Source: a bacterium (GTDB lineage Bacteria > Patescibacteriota > Minisyncoccia > Moranbacterales > UBA2206). From it: a DNA stretch of 57,175 bases. The stretch is taken from the NCBI GenBank assembly GCA_030654225.1, contig JAURXY010000017.1:1-57175 (forward strand), in the 5' to 3' direction. The notes under the pieces are model-generated. The model saw nothing but the letters and a program-made list of their open reading frames with translations. It ran no database searches and was not told the DNA's origin. Shown one piece after another: positions 19,546-29,658 of the stretch (its first letter is position 1; each line of letters opens with the position of its first letter). The position numbers and the translations under genes were made by a program.

Positions 19546-22296
19546 TTAAAACCAGTTAGAAGGATTAAGTTTGCTGTCTCTAACATCATCCAATAGCGAA
19601 CCACCTGGTCCTCCAAATAAAATCATTCCTCCTGCTTCTTCATATATAGCCTTTTGATTATCATTAAAAAGATCTTCAATTTTTCCGACAACTCTATTGT
19701 TAAGATCTTCAATTTTTCCAACAAACTCACCTATCTTTTCGCCACGCGATCCAAATAACGCATTATTTGCCATACTTATTGATTCATCTTTATGCTCGGC
19801 TATAAAATCCTTAATATCCTTATTCATCGCCCCAACATTTTGCGCTACTTCACTTACGCTTCCTACAAGCTTACCTGCTTTTGCACCATTTATCAATATG
19901 GTTGCATCTTCAGTAAGCTGAACTACGGATACATTCGCAGACTCACCAACCCAAGCCTTACAAAATGCATTATTTTCTGACTGAGGATAATTGCCAGTCG
20001 AAGCACCACCAATACATGTCCATTGCATTGTCGTTGCTGGTTGATCAGTAGCTATTAATTTAAGAAAAGAAGTGACACCGTTAAGATGCCAGTCCTGACC
20101 AGCTCCATATTTGTACAATTCCGATTCGAATAATTCAACTTTTCCCACCTGACAAAATGGTTGCCTAAATGCGACTGCACTAGAAGAATAAGCTCCCCTA
20201 GCATCTCCACACTTTCCTTCCACATCATCTGCAGGATTATTAGGATTATTAGTGGTGATAACAGTTTCCGTATTAGCAGGACTATTGTTTACCATAGTTG
20301 TTGTATTTCTATGTGCATAGCATCGTTGTGTTTCGGATGTCGTAATATTTTTACAAATCCAAGTTGCATCACCATCCATTTCTGGAAAGGGTGGTTCCAC
20401 TCCTTCGATAGTACTTCCGGTCTGACAAAAATCTCCACGAAAATCTGCAGGATTTACATTTGCATTATAATATGCATCCGTAGCAATTTCATCTTTTGAT
20501 CCAGCTGGTCCGCAAAGATTAGGAGAATCTAATGTAATAGTAGCTTCTTCTTCGGCCGTCATTCGGTTAGCGACACAATTTATTGTTTCACTAGGTTTTT
20601 TTGGATTTATACAATTCCAAGTAGCTTCATTAGGCCTTTCTGGATCAACACCAAATTTAGGTGGTTCTGAAACTCCATGCAATCCATTTACACAAAGACC
20701 ATCCGCGATTGGGACATTAAGCTGAGTTGAAGAATAATCTCTTTTTGAAGCATTTCCACAACTAACACTGCCAACAGAACCAGCTGGTTCAGCGAGAACA
20801 ACCGCATTCGAACAATCCTCTCTATTGTTAGCCATCCAACTAAATATATTTATAAGCCACGAAGTCGATTTGCATTTCCAAGTTGTATTTTGTTCAACAG
20901 TAGAAGTTTGTCCATCAATTTCATAGCCTTGAGAGCAACTTCCGGTAGTTATCCCACAAGATGAATCGATTTTTTTATGTGCTACGCAAGATTTCATTCC
21001 ATTTCCCTGTCCGCAACTCCAGTTAGCATCTTTTACTACTCCTTGTTGATTTGTTACCCACGCAAGCGAAATAGGATTAGAATTTCCTAAAGAACATAGT
21101 GTATCGGTGCCAACTCCTTCTACATTTTTTTCATAAATTTTTCCGTTAGCACTTCCACAATCACTTACTGTATTGTCAACAATACCATGTGAAGCTGTGC
21201 ATATAGGACTTTCCCCGCCATTATATCCTTGGCAAGTCCAACTCACAGCTTTTCCAATCTCGGGAAAATTTATTGTTGAATAATCTGGCATTATCTTTCC
21301 TCTTGCACAAAATTTTTGCACTTCAGAACAAAAAGTTTCAGGAGAACGAAAAGCAATTTCTTCGTTTGCATAACTTCCATTAGCCTCTCCGCAAGCTCCA
21401 TCTATTTTTTCAGTATTTCTTATTCTAGACACTCCACAATACACCTCTTCTATACTTCCGTTTCCACCGCAAGACCATTCCACATCATACGAATCATTCG
21501 GAAAAAATGGAGGTCTTGTGCCACTATTTGCTATATTTTCAACCGTAATTTTTCCTATTTCTCCAGATTTGCAAAAATCTTCTGTTTCAAAATCTTTTCC
21601 AGTTATATCATAATCATATACTTTTCCATTTTCATCTCCACAGATACCCACCATGGAAGCGGTTGGTCTGACTTCTAATGTATCTGAACAAGTAGTGGTT
21701 CCTGCCGAATTTTTTGCATCAAATGTGCAGGTTTCTGTCCCAGCACCAATCCAAGTATTGCTAACGCTTGATCCATCCCCCCAGTTGGAAGTTATGGGAG
21801 AACTTAGGAGAAAATTCTCTCCATATTGCGTCCGACCATTAGGATTAAGTGTACAGACATTATTATTACACACATAGTTAGAGCAAGTGAAAGTCACAGT
21901 TTCTGCTCCCGTAAAATTCCAATGAACAAAAGCGCCACCACCTGAAGGTATACTTGCCGCTCCATATGTGAAACTGCACTTTGGTTTAGCGATAGTGGCT
22001 ATTGAATTGGAAGCAGGCGCTGCTTGCCTAGAGCCGGTACAAGACGCATCATCAGTAGTTATGGAATTATCAGAACCTAAACAATTCCAAGATACTGAAC
22101 CCCCAACAGGTGGAAAAACTCCAGCATCAGACCTTCCCATTTCACACATTCCATTTGTACTTGGCCATGTTGATTGATCATAAGGCATGTTTGTAATGTT
22201 ATTGCCACATTTTCCACTATAAGCAGCTTTTGTTTTGTTTACCAACAAGAAAAATGTAACCAACATAACCAAAGAAACAACAATTTTTTTTCTCAT
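19546..22296 (-). CDS. Large secreted Cys-rich repeat protein
   Basis: signal peptide; repeated CG.A.G..Y...C..G...FP...W.C...C.A module. Confidence 0.8.
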   Translation of the reverse strand: MRKKIVVSLVMLVTFFLLVNKTKAAYSGKCGNNITNMPYDQSTWPSTNGMCEMGRSDAGVFPPVGGSVSWNCLGSDNSITTDDASCTGSRQAAPASNSIATIAKPKCSFTYGAASIPSGGGAFVHWNFTGAETVTFTCSNYVCNNNVCTLNPNGRTQYGENFLLSSPITSNWGDGSSVSNTWIGAGTETCTFDAKNSAGTTTCSDTLEVRPTASMVGICGDENGKVYDYDITGKDFETEDFCKSGEIGKITVENIANSGTRPPFFPNDSYDVEWSCGGNGSIEEVYCGVSRIRNTEKIDGACGEANGSYANEEIAFRSPETFCSEVQKFCARGKIMPDYSTINFPEIGKAVSWTCQGYNGGESPICTASHGIVDNTVSDCGSANGKIYEKNVEGVGTDTLCSLGNSNPISLAWVTNQQGVVKDANWSCGQGNGMKSCVAHKKIDSSCGITTGSCSQGYEIDGQTSTVEQNTTWKCKSTSWLINIFSWMANNREDCSNAVVLAEPAGSVGSVSCGNASKRDYSSTQLNVPIADGLCVNGLHGVSEPPKFGVDPERPNEATWNCINPKKPSETINCVANRMTAEEEATITLDSPNLCGPAGSKDEIATDAYYNANVNPADFRGDFCQTGSTIEGVEPPFPEMDGDATWICKNITTSETQRCYAHRNTTTMVNNSPANTETVITTNNPNNPADDVEGKCGDARGAYSSSAVAFRQPFCQVGKVELFESELYKYGAGQDWHLNGVTSFLKLIATDQPATTMQWTCIGGASTGNYPQSENNAFCKAWVGESANVSVVQLTEDATILINGAKAGKLVGSVSEVAQNVGAMNKDIKDFIAEHKDESISMANNALFGSRGEKIGEFVGKIEDLNNRVVGKIEDLFNDNQKAIYEEAGGMILFGGPGGSLLDDVRDSKLNPSNWF

Positions 22297-22390
22297 AGAT
22301 TTATTTTTTATATTTTTTTATATTAAAAATTTACTACTTTTATTATACTGCATTTTAGTTTTTTTGTATATAACCAAATTATTACAAAAA

Positions 22391-22418
22391 AATAACCCCC
22401 TTGAAATTGGGGGTTATT
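22391..22418. terminator. Intrinsic terminator hairpin
   Basis: aataaccccc...gggggttatt with T tail on the minus strand. Confidence 0.6.
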
Positions 22419-22456
22419 CTTGAAAGTTTTTTGAAATTAGAAGATTATGCTCCTTG

Positions 22457-22834
22457 CTATTTCACCACTATCATCATCAGTTCATTGGTTTCGCTATTAT
22501 ACTGAATGTCTATATCCTGATTTTTAGGAATATCGAACAAGGCAATTCTTTCATTGAGATAGCTTCCGTCTTCCAGTATTTTTTGCTTCACAAAAGAAAC
22601 TCCGCTGGATGGAATAGCCAAAACCAAAGCATCCCCACTCTCAGTAGCTATGCTAACTCTGTTGACATTGATGTCGGTAATTTTTCCAATAATATTTTCA
22701 ACCGGAGGAGCAATGAATTTTTCTGTTGTTGTTGTTTTACCTTTCCTAATGCCAACAACTACTGCTAATACAACAATCAAAACAACCAATGCTATCCCAC
22801 TAATTATTATAATTTTCTTTTTTTGTTCGTCCAT
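22457..22834 (-). CDS. Hypothetical membrane-anchored protein
   Basis: N-terminal TM helix followed by a beta-rich domain. Confidence 0.7.
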   Translation of the reverse strand: MDEQKKKIIIISGIALVVLIVVLAVVVGIRKGKTTTTEKFIAPPVENIIGKITDINVNRVSIATESGDALVLAIPSSGVSFVKQKILEDGSYLNERIALFDIPKNQDIDIQYNSETNELMMIVVK

Positions 22835-22859
22835 TTTTTTGTTTTTAAATTTTTAACAA

Positions 22860-25800
22860 TTAATTGCTATAGAGTTGGGTTTGTGGAATTATTTCTTTGC
22901 TTTGCTTAGCATTAGACCACGCTAATTTTGCCACTGCTCCTCCTTTATTCTCATAATATTCCATCTTGATATTATATTTTTGCCCAGCCGTCAAACTTAT
23001 CATTCCGGTGTGTTCTGTGGGTCTTTGTTCAATCCATCCATCCACCACAATCTGATCGTTTACCCAAAGACGAATGCCGTCATCGCCAGTCACATGGAAA
23101 TTCCAACTACCAGTATATCTTGGTTGCACTTTTCCAGTCCAACGAACGCTGAAAGTATCTGACTCTAAAGCACCAACTGGTCTGCCATCTCCCCAATCGA
23201 AATTAATTGTAGGATTTATTTGAGTCACTTTCTTTGCTGTGAAATCAATATTGTCAAAATATTCACCCAATAGTCCGTCACCATTTCCAATGGAAGCTAC
23301 CTCTTCTGTTGGGGTTGGGGTTGGGGTTGGGGTTGGGGTTGTGTCTGTGTCTGGTGTTGAGGATTGAGAACCTTTCGTCGCACTACAAACTACTGGTTTT
23401 TTATTGGTAAAAATAGTACCCAATAAGCTTGGACGACAAACCCAATCCGTCGATCCTCCGACAATTGTTGGAAATATTGGAGTTCCAGAAGAAAGATTAA
23501 GCCCGCTTGCGCAAAAATTAGTTGATCTAAAATTCATAGCTGTTCCAGAATAACTTCCAGATGCATCTCCACAACCGGCAGTAATTTCAGAATTTTTCCT
23601 AGCAGCCGCACAAAAAGCTACTTTTCTCGGAAGAATTGTATCTGTTATCCAATTGCCGGATTCACTACATTTCCATTCTACTATTTTTCCTTCATCAGGA
23701 AATACTGGTTCAAGCGGGCTGGCTATTCCTTTGGCACAAAGAGTGTCCTCCCCAAAATCAACATCCGTTACTTCATAAAACTTTTTATTGGCTGTTCCGC
23801 ATTTAGGGTCGGAATTATTGGTTGTGTTATTATCATCTGCCACGCAAATTTTTCCTTTTTTGCGAAAGCCTGTATTGCAAGTATATTCACATTTTTTAGT
23901 GCCACAGGATTTTCCAGGAACTAGTATTGAATTGTTGGTTGCAGAAGTTAGCCCCGTATCATCACCAGCACAGAGATTGGCATTTTCAGGAACAGCCCCT
24001 CCGCAAGTTAATGCCGTGCTTTCCTCCTCTTCATCAGGTGTCGTATCTATGTTTCCATTGGAATTTCTCCTAGCATAACATTTTTGTGAAGTTGTTTTTG
24101 CTTCATCATAACAAATCCAATTCACTCGTCTTCCCATTTTCAAAACAACATTTATTGGATTAGACTCTCCGTTAACACAAAGTTTTTCAGTAAATTCGGA
24201 CACACTCCAGTCATAAGTCTTAGGCTGTGTTTTATCAAATGATCCAGCTGGACCACAAAGACCAAGATCAACTACATCTGGCGTTGTATCCACATTTTCT
24301 TCTTCATCTAACTCATTGCTATCATCGTTATCATCATTATCATCCGCATCGCTTGAACAAACCACTGTTGGAACTGGATCTTGAGTCTTGGTCCAAAAAT
24401 CATTTTCCCCATTTTCCTTGACTGCATGCATCCAATAATAATAAGTTTTTCCAATTTCTCCCTGCCAAGTATAGCTTGTTGTGGTTTTGCTTATATTATC
24501 TTCCGTAAGAGGATGGAAAGGAGGCGCAGCAGCAGGCTGAGTGTCAGTATCAATTCGCAAAGCATACCTATCTGCTCCAGTTACGCTTGACCAAGTAACT
24601 GTTACTAGACCACTTGAATTGCAAGTAGCACTAAAATTAGTCGGGGCGGATATCGAAGAAAGATCATCTGTAGTTGTGTCCTTTGCTGTCGTTGTGATAT
24701 ATTGACAGCTTTTATTAGGATCGCAACCATTTTCCCAAGCATTTACCCAACTACTACCTGGAATTAATGCCAATTCGTCTTTTGAAGCAGGACATTTTTC
24801 AGTGTTCCATGTTTCAGAGACATATGAACCTAAACATGGAAGCTTTATACCTGCAGGCACAGCTACCTCCTCAGAAACACAAGTTGACCAATTATTCGCA
24901 TTATCCATGACCTTAAACCAAATAGTAGTATTTTCAGAAAAATTCATAGATTGAGGATTTGTAATACCCACAGTGGAGTTAAAACCTTTAGCAATCATAG
25001 TGCCAGCACAACTCAAACCACTAAACCATTTATATTCAACAATACTTCCATCAGTATCAGTTCCTGTTCCAGTAAAATCAGTTTTATCCGTATTGGTCGT
25101 TTGGGTTTTAGTAATGTCAATTTTCGCAGTTGGTGGTATATTGCCAGTTGGAATCTTAGGCTTAATTGTCACTTTCACTGTTGATTCAACTATTGTTCCC
25201 GTACTACTTACACATCTCAACACATATGGTTGCTCTATCTCAATATTTCCTTCATTTTCAACAGAATAACCAAGGTTTTCGGATATTCCAGAAGAAACTA
25301 CCACAGACGCGCCATTAATCCTACAAACAGCAACATCGCCAGTAACAAAATATTTCAGACTAAAATCAGCTCCGCTTTCAACTATAGGAGATGGAGCAAA
25401 AAAGCTTCTAATAACCGGAGCTACTGAAGTTGTTGCTCCATTATCAACTGCTGTTAACACACAAGCACTACTATTCCATCTATAATCATCTGTACATTTA
25501 AAATTACATTCTCCTACTGCCGTACTAAAAGTTTTACTTTTAGTTTCGCTCCAAGTACTACTACTAGCACTCCATGTTTGATTATATGTTCCATTTTGCT
25601 GATCTCCATCATTCCACATTTCACCAGTTTTTAAAGATGCAATTCCACAAGGCATTAGCTTACTATTCACAACACAATTATTCCCTTCTAAATGATGATC
25701 CGTAAGATCACAATTCGTAGTTGAAGCCGAAACTGTCTTCGTCGCTGTGCAAGATACTGGACCCATACCATAGATATTAGCAATTGTATAATTACATATC

Positions 25801-26453
25801 CAATCAGTAGTTGGCTTGTTACTATTTGGAAATTCAGGCGTTACTCCAGATAAAACATAACCATTTTGACAAAATCCATTCCCATCAGAATTTGAAGGCC
25901 AAACAGTTTCAGTAGTAAATGTTCTTCCATCAAAAGAACCACAATATTTTATTGGTGCTGCTGGTATAAAATACTCACATTTTGCATCTGAACAATCTCC
26001 TGTTCTATTAGTCACATCTGTCCAACTGTTGACTGGGCTTGTTATAAAATTCTCATCATCACCCCCATATTGCTCACTACATTTTTTAGCAGTAGGATGT
26101 GCAGATTTAATACTATCAAAACTCGGGCAAACATAATATTTTCTACTCATATTACAAGAAAATAAAGTAGGAGCAGTCCAATTATTTCCAGTGCCATTCT
26201 GTGAACATTGCCATGATGCAGAACCCCCAACAGTTGGAAAATAAAAGCCATAGCCAGAAGAATCATAATGTGTATAGCCGTTTGCGCAAAGAGTATCCCC
26301 ACTAGGAAGAATATCAATATTAGCATCATAGTTTTTTCCAGCTGCCGTACCACATTTCCCAACTTCATTAATTGCCTCCGCGAAATTAACTTTCAATCCT
26401 CCCGCCAGAAGAAATCCAGCGAAAACTAAAAACACAAGTATCTTTTTTTTCAT
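22860..26453 (-). CDS. Large secreted Cys-rich protein with PKD/FN3-like segments, PT linker and C-terminal PA14 domain
   Basis: signal peptide; DTDGSIVEYKW; APTNFSA...VTWSSV; TPTPTP; GLLGEYF...INFDWG...FSVRWTG...DDGIRLWV...YYENKG. Confidence 0.85.
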   Translation of the reverse strand: MKKKILVFLVFAGFLLAGGLKVNFAEAINEVGKCGTAAGKNYDANIDILPSGDTLCANGYTHYDSSGYGFYFPTVGGSASWQCSQNGTGNNWTAPTLFSCNMSRKYYVCPSFDSIKSAHPTAKKCSEQYGGDDENFITSPVNSWTDVTNRTGDCSDAKCEYFIPAAPIKYCGSFDGRTFTTETVWPSNSDGNGFCQNGYVLSGVTPEFPNSNKPTTDWICNYTIANIYGMGPVSCTATKTVSASTTNCDLTDHHLEGNNCVVNSKLMPCGIASLKTGEMWNDGDQQNGTYNQTWSASSSTWSETKSKTFSTAVGECNFKCTDDYRWNSSACVLTAVDNGATTSVAPVIRSFFAPSPIVESGADFSLKYFVTGDVAVCRINGASVVVSSGISENLGYSVENEGNIEIEQPYVLRCVSSTGTIVESTVKVTIKPKIPTGNIPPTAKIDITKTQTTNTDKTDFTGTGTDTDGSIVEYKWFSGLSCAGTMIAKGFNSTVGITNPQSMNFSENTTIWFKVMDNANNWSTCVSEEVAVPAGIKLPCLGSYVSETWNTEKCPASKDELALIPGSSWVNAWENGCDPNKSCQYITTTAKDTTTDDLSSISAPTNFSATCNSSGLVTVTWSSVTGADRYALRIDTDTQPAAAPPFHPLTEDNISKTTTSYTWQGEIGKTYYYWMHAVKENGENDFWTKTQDPVPTVVCSSDADDNDDNDDSNELDEEENVDTTPDVVDLGLCGPAGSFDKTQPKTYDWSVSEFTEKLCVNGESNPINVVLKMGRRVNWICYDEAKTTSQKCYARRNSNGNIDTTPDEEEESTALTCGGAVPENANLCAGDDTGLTSATNNSILVPGKSCGTKKCEYTCNTGFRKKGKICVADDNNTTNNSDPKCGTANKKFYEVTDVDFGEDTLCAKGIASPLEPVFPDEGKIVEWKCSESGNWITDTILPRKVAFCAAARKNSEITAGCGDASGSYSGTAMNFRSTNFCASGLNLSSGTPIFPTIVGGSTDWVCRPSLLGTIFTNKKPVVCSATKGSQSSTPDTDTTPTPTPTPTPTEEVASIGNGDGLLGEYFDNIDFTAKKVTQINPTINFDWGDGRPVGALESDTFSVRWTGKVQPRYTGSWNFHVTGDDGIRLWVNDQIVVDGWIEQRPTEHTGMISLTAGQKYNIKMEYYENKGGAVAKLAWSNAKQSKEIIPQTQLYSN

Positions 26454-26610
26454 TTCTTTTTTTATAATTTATTATTTATTTGAAAAAATTAACTAACTAG
26501 AATTATTGCTCTAATTATACCTCATTTATTTTTCTCCAACAAGTTGTTTTTTTAATGGAGCTGTGGATAACTTTACCCTGTTGAATAATTTTGCTTTAGT
26601 AAAATAAAAA

Positions 26611-26634
26611 ATAATCCCGAGCACTCGGGACTAT
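26611..26634. terminator. Intrinsic terminator after ftsZ
   Basis: tcccgag-ca-ctcggga hairpin with A/T flanks. Confidence 0.6.
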
Positions 26635-26671
26635 TTTATAAAAATTTTATTGAATTTTATGAGGGGGGGGG

Positions 26672-27883
26672 TTATTTCCCCATCTTTCGACGAATGAAAG
26701 CTGGAATTTCCAACTCGTCATCTTCATCTTCCAACTCTTTGTTTTTTTGGGTTTGCAAGATATTTCTTTGTGGCTTTGGTGGAATTTTTTCTTCAATTAT
26801 CATTCTAGATTCAAAATTTTCTGGAAAAGTGATGCGCGGTTTTTCCTCTGTCACTATTTCTTCTTCTTTTCTGACTTTTTCGATAGTAATGCGAGACATC
26901 TTTTCTATCGGAGATTCATTTACCCTATCAGCATCAAAGCCAGTTGCCACCACCGTGATTTGCACTTCGCCTTTTTTCATAGTTTCATCCACTACCGCTC
27001 CAAAGATAACCTTGGCATTTGGATCAATTGATTCAGTGATAATGTTGGCAGCTTCGTTGATTTCCAACATAGTAAGATCAGTTGAACCGCTCACATTAAA
27101 CAAAACTCCCTTGGCACCGTCAATAGAAAGCTCCAAAAGTGGACTGCTAATCGCTGCTTTGGCTGCTTCAGCTGATCGATTTTCTCCTGTGCCGATTCCA
27201 ATACCCATAAGAGCGCTACCGCTATTTGACATAATGGCTTTCACATCAGCAAAGTCAACGTTCACTATCCCAGGTTTAGTGATCAAATCAGAAATTCCTT
27301 GCACGCCTTGTCGGAGCACATCATCAACAATCTTGAAAGAATTGATGAGGGTAGTTTTTTTGTCGATAATTTGCAAAAGTTTGTCGTTAGGAATGGTGAT
27401 GAGTGTGTCCACCCGTTCTCGCAAATTTTCCAAAGCTTCTTCAGCAATAGCTCGTCTTTGTGCGCCTTCAAAACTAAATGGTTTGGTGATAACTGCTACA
27501 GTCAAAATTCCAAGTTCTTTGGCAGTCTCCGCCACAATTGGCGCTGCGCCTGATCCAGTTCCGCCACCCAATCCGCAAGTGACAAAAATCATATCCGCTC
27601 CTTTCAAAACTTCTTGAATTTCATCGCGATTTTCTTCGGCGGCTTGGCGTCCTACATCCGGATTCATTCCTGCGCCCAAACCTTTGGTCAAATTTTTTCC
27701 AATATGAACTTTTTCTGAAGCTTTGTTGTGATGCAAATCTTGGGCATCCGTGTTGATTGCCACAAATTCCACGCCTTTTAGTTTAGCGTCAATCATTCGG
27801 CTGATTGCGTGTCCGCCAGAGCCTCCTACTCCAACTACTTTTATCCTTGCAAAGGTTTCTACAGGCGGTTTTATTTCTGCCAT
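26672..27883 (-). CDS. ftsZ: Cell division protein FtsZ
   Basis: GGGTGSG, NVDFADV, C-terminal LEIPAFIRR. Confidence 0.99.
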   Translation of the reverse strand: MAEIKPPVETFARIKVVGVGGSGGHAISRMIDAKLKGVEFVAINTDAQDLHHNKASEKVHIGKNLTKGLGAGMNPDVGRQAAEENRDEIQEVLKGADMIFVTCGLGGGTGSGAAPIVAETAKELGILTVAVITKPFSFEGAQRRAIAEEALENLRERVDTLITIPNDKLLQIIDKKTTLINSFKIVDDVLRQGVQGISDLITKPGIVNVDFADVKAIMSNSGSALMGIGIGTGENRSAEAAKAAISSPLLELSIDGAKGVLFNVSGSTDLTMLEINEAANIITESIDPNAKVIFGAVVDETMKKGEVQITVVATGFDADRVNESPIEKMSRITIEKVRKEEEIVTEEKPRITFPENFESRMIIEEKIPPKPQRNILQTQKNKELEDEDDELEIPAFIRRKMGK

Positions 27884-28003
27884 ATGTTTATAAATTTAGT
27901 TATTTTATCAGTAGCTAAATATAGCACATCAAATTAGTGTGTGTCAAATAATCTATTCCCCTTGTATTTTTATTTGTTTTTCGCCTTTTATAAGCTTATC
28001 TGC

Positions 28004-28032
28004 ATTATACCTGTTTCAGAAAAATGCGTCAA
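28004..28032 (-). promoter_or_regulatory. Sigma70-type promoter for ftsZ
   Basis: minus strand TTGACG-N17-TATAAT; a second TTGACA-N18-TATATT at 27918-27947. Confidence 0.6.
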
Positions 28033-28037
28033 TATTG

Positions 28038-28730
28038 CTAAAAGGGGTCAAGTACCTTTTTTAGAGGTCTGCCCCTTGGGATTAGCGTGGAAACTAAATT
28101 TAATTTTTTCGCTATTTTTCCAATCCAATCTTCTTTTCCATAAGGGCAACCTCTTTTAATAGCATATCTGATTTTTTGTAGTTTATCTTCCTCATCCTTC
28201 TCTGTCATATTCACCCATTCTAAAAAAGCAATAGGCTTTTCAACCGGCCAATCCGACAATAAACTTTTTTGTTTTTTTGTTCCATTTTCTCTTATCCATA
28301 GACTAGACCATTTCCAATTTTGAGCTTTTTTGACTAATTTTGCTCTTAATGGGTTTCTTTCAATATAACGGCAAACTTGCAAAAAATGATTGTCCTTTTC
28401 TATGGGAAATGATTTATATCTGCCTTGGTAAATATGACCATACCCAATAGATTTATAATGCGAGTGATAACGCTGGGTATGAGTGTGAGTTATCCAACGC
28501 ATAAAATTAGACAGATCTTCTCCTGCTTTCGGGTATAAAACAAAATGCCAGTGATTTGGCATTATACAAAAAGACAAAATCCGCATTGGATATTTTTCCT
28601 TAGCCTCCGTGAGTATTTTCATAAAAGCCTCGTAATCTTTTTCTTTTTTGAATATTTTTTCTCGACCGTTAGCTCTATTGAGAATATGATAAACCACATC
28701 ACCAACGGCATTGCGCGGTATTCTAGCCAT
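28038..28730 (-). mobile_element. REP-associated tyrosine (HUH, Y1) transposase, RAYT
   Basis: YHILNR, FCIMPNHWH (HUH), QGRYKS, YIERNP, WKWSS; flanked by 21-bp inverted repeats. Confidence 0.9.
28041..28061. repeat. RAYT-flanking repeat, copy 1
   Basis: aaaggggtcaagtaccttttt; perfect inverse at 28761-28781. Confidence 0.85.
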
Positions 28731-28760
28731 GATTGAAATATAACTTATTTTTTGCTTATT

Positions 28761-28781
28761 AAAAAGGTACTTGACCCCTTT
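28761..28781. repeat. RAYT-flanking repeat, copy 2 (inverted)
   Basis: aaaaaggtacttgaccccttt. Confidence 0.85.
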
Positions 28782-28793
28782 ATCTTCCTATCT

Positions 28794-29615
28794 TCAGTTT
28801 GTAAGTTTGAATGTACTAACAATTTCTTTCATTTGGCTTTCCATTAGCCCACCTTTATCAGCGACACCTGTTATTTCGTAAGTTTTTCCATTCATTAGAA
28901 TAACAAGAGATGCCATAGCTTTTGGACTTGGTCGCCCACCGCCACCGCCTGGCATAGCAAGTGGCTTTTCGATATAGTAATTATACTGCGCAAATATTTG
29001 ACCATCTATGTTTATTTCTTCAATACTAAGTGCCGTTCCTAATGGAGGCACCCTGAGAATGTCATAGACCTTTCCATCATATATATAAACTACAACGTTA
29101 CATAAGGCACCACTTGCATTTCTTAAATCAAACTCCCCAAGAGAATATTTATTCGTATCTGAATCAGGTTTAACACGATACTGTGAATGATTAAAATTAT
29201 TAGGAAATTTAATTTCAAAACCGAAGTCTGAATCTTTATATGATTGCCAATCTTGAGAAATAGCTAAATTTTTTTCATACGCTTCAGTTTTTGTATTGAT
29301 GATTATTTGCTTATTTAATTCTGGGAAATCCTCGTAATTAAAATTAAATACTTCCTCCCCCTTTAAAGTTAGGTCGCTGTTATCATCATTGATAGAGCAA
29401 GTAATTGCTTTATTCCAATATGAACTCAGTATAAAAAATTCCGAATTACTTTCAATGCATTTATTTTTCCATTCAGCATAACTATTAAATTCTTCCCGAC
29501 TTATTGGTTTATAATTTCGTGTTTTATTACTCGTATGAGAATAAAACATTAGCAAAACAACAAAAAATATAATTGCAAAAAAAATAGCCAAAAGTTTTAT
29601 TTTTTTATTCATCAT
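28794..29615 (-). CDS. Hypothetical membrane-anchored protein (PsbP-like C-terminal part possible)
   Basis: start moved to MMNKKIK; TM helix; WQSYKDSDFGFEIKFP...IVSTFKL pattern. Confidence 0.65.
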   Translation of the reverse strand: MMNKKIKLLAIFFAIIFFVVLLMFYSHTSNKTRNYKPISREEFNSYAEWKNKCIESNSEFFILSSYWNKAITCSINDDNSDLTLKGEEVFNFNYEDFPELNKQIIINTKTEAYEKNLAISQDWQSYKDSDFGFEIKFPNNFNHSQYRVKPDSDTNKYSLGEFDLRNASGALCNVVVYIYDGKVYDILRVPPLGTALSIEEINIDGQIFAQYNYYIEKPLAMPGGGGGRPSPKAMASLVILMNGKTYEITGVADKGGLMESQMKEIVSTFKLTN

Positions 29616-29635
29616 AAAAGGGTCAAGTACTTTTT
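29616..29635. repeat. RAYT-flanking repeat, copy 3
   Basis: aaaagggtcaagtacttttt, slightly diverged. Confidence 0.7.
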
Positions 29636-29658
29636 TTTTAGAAAGTAGATTAACAGCC

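Noticed and set aside
26694-27617. 307-aa plus-strand ORF, and similar antisense ORFs over groL and ftsA
   Set aside because: Shadow frames opposite highly conserved genes.
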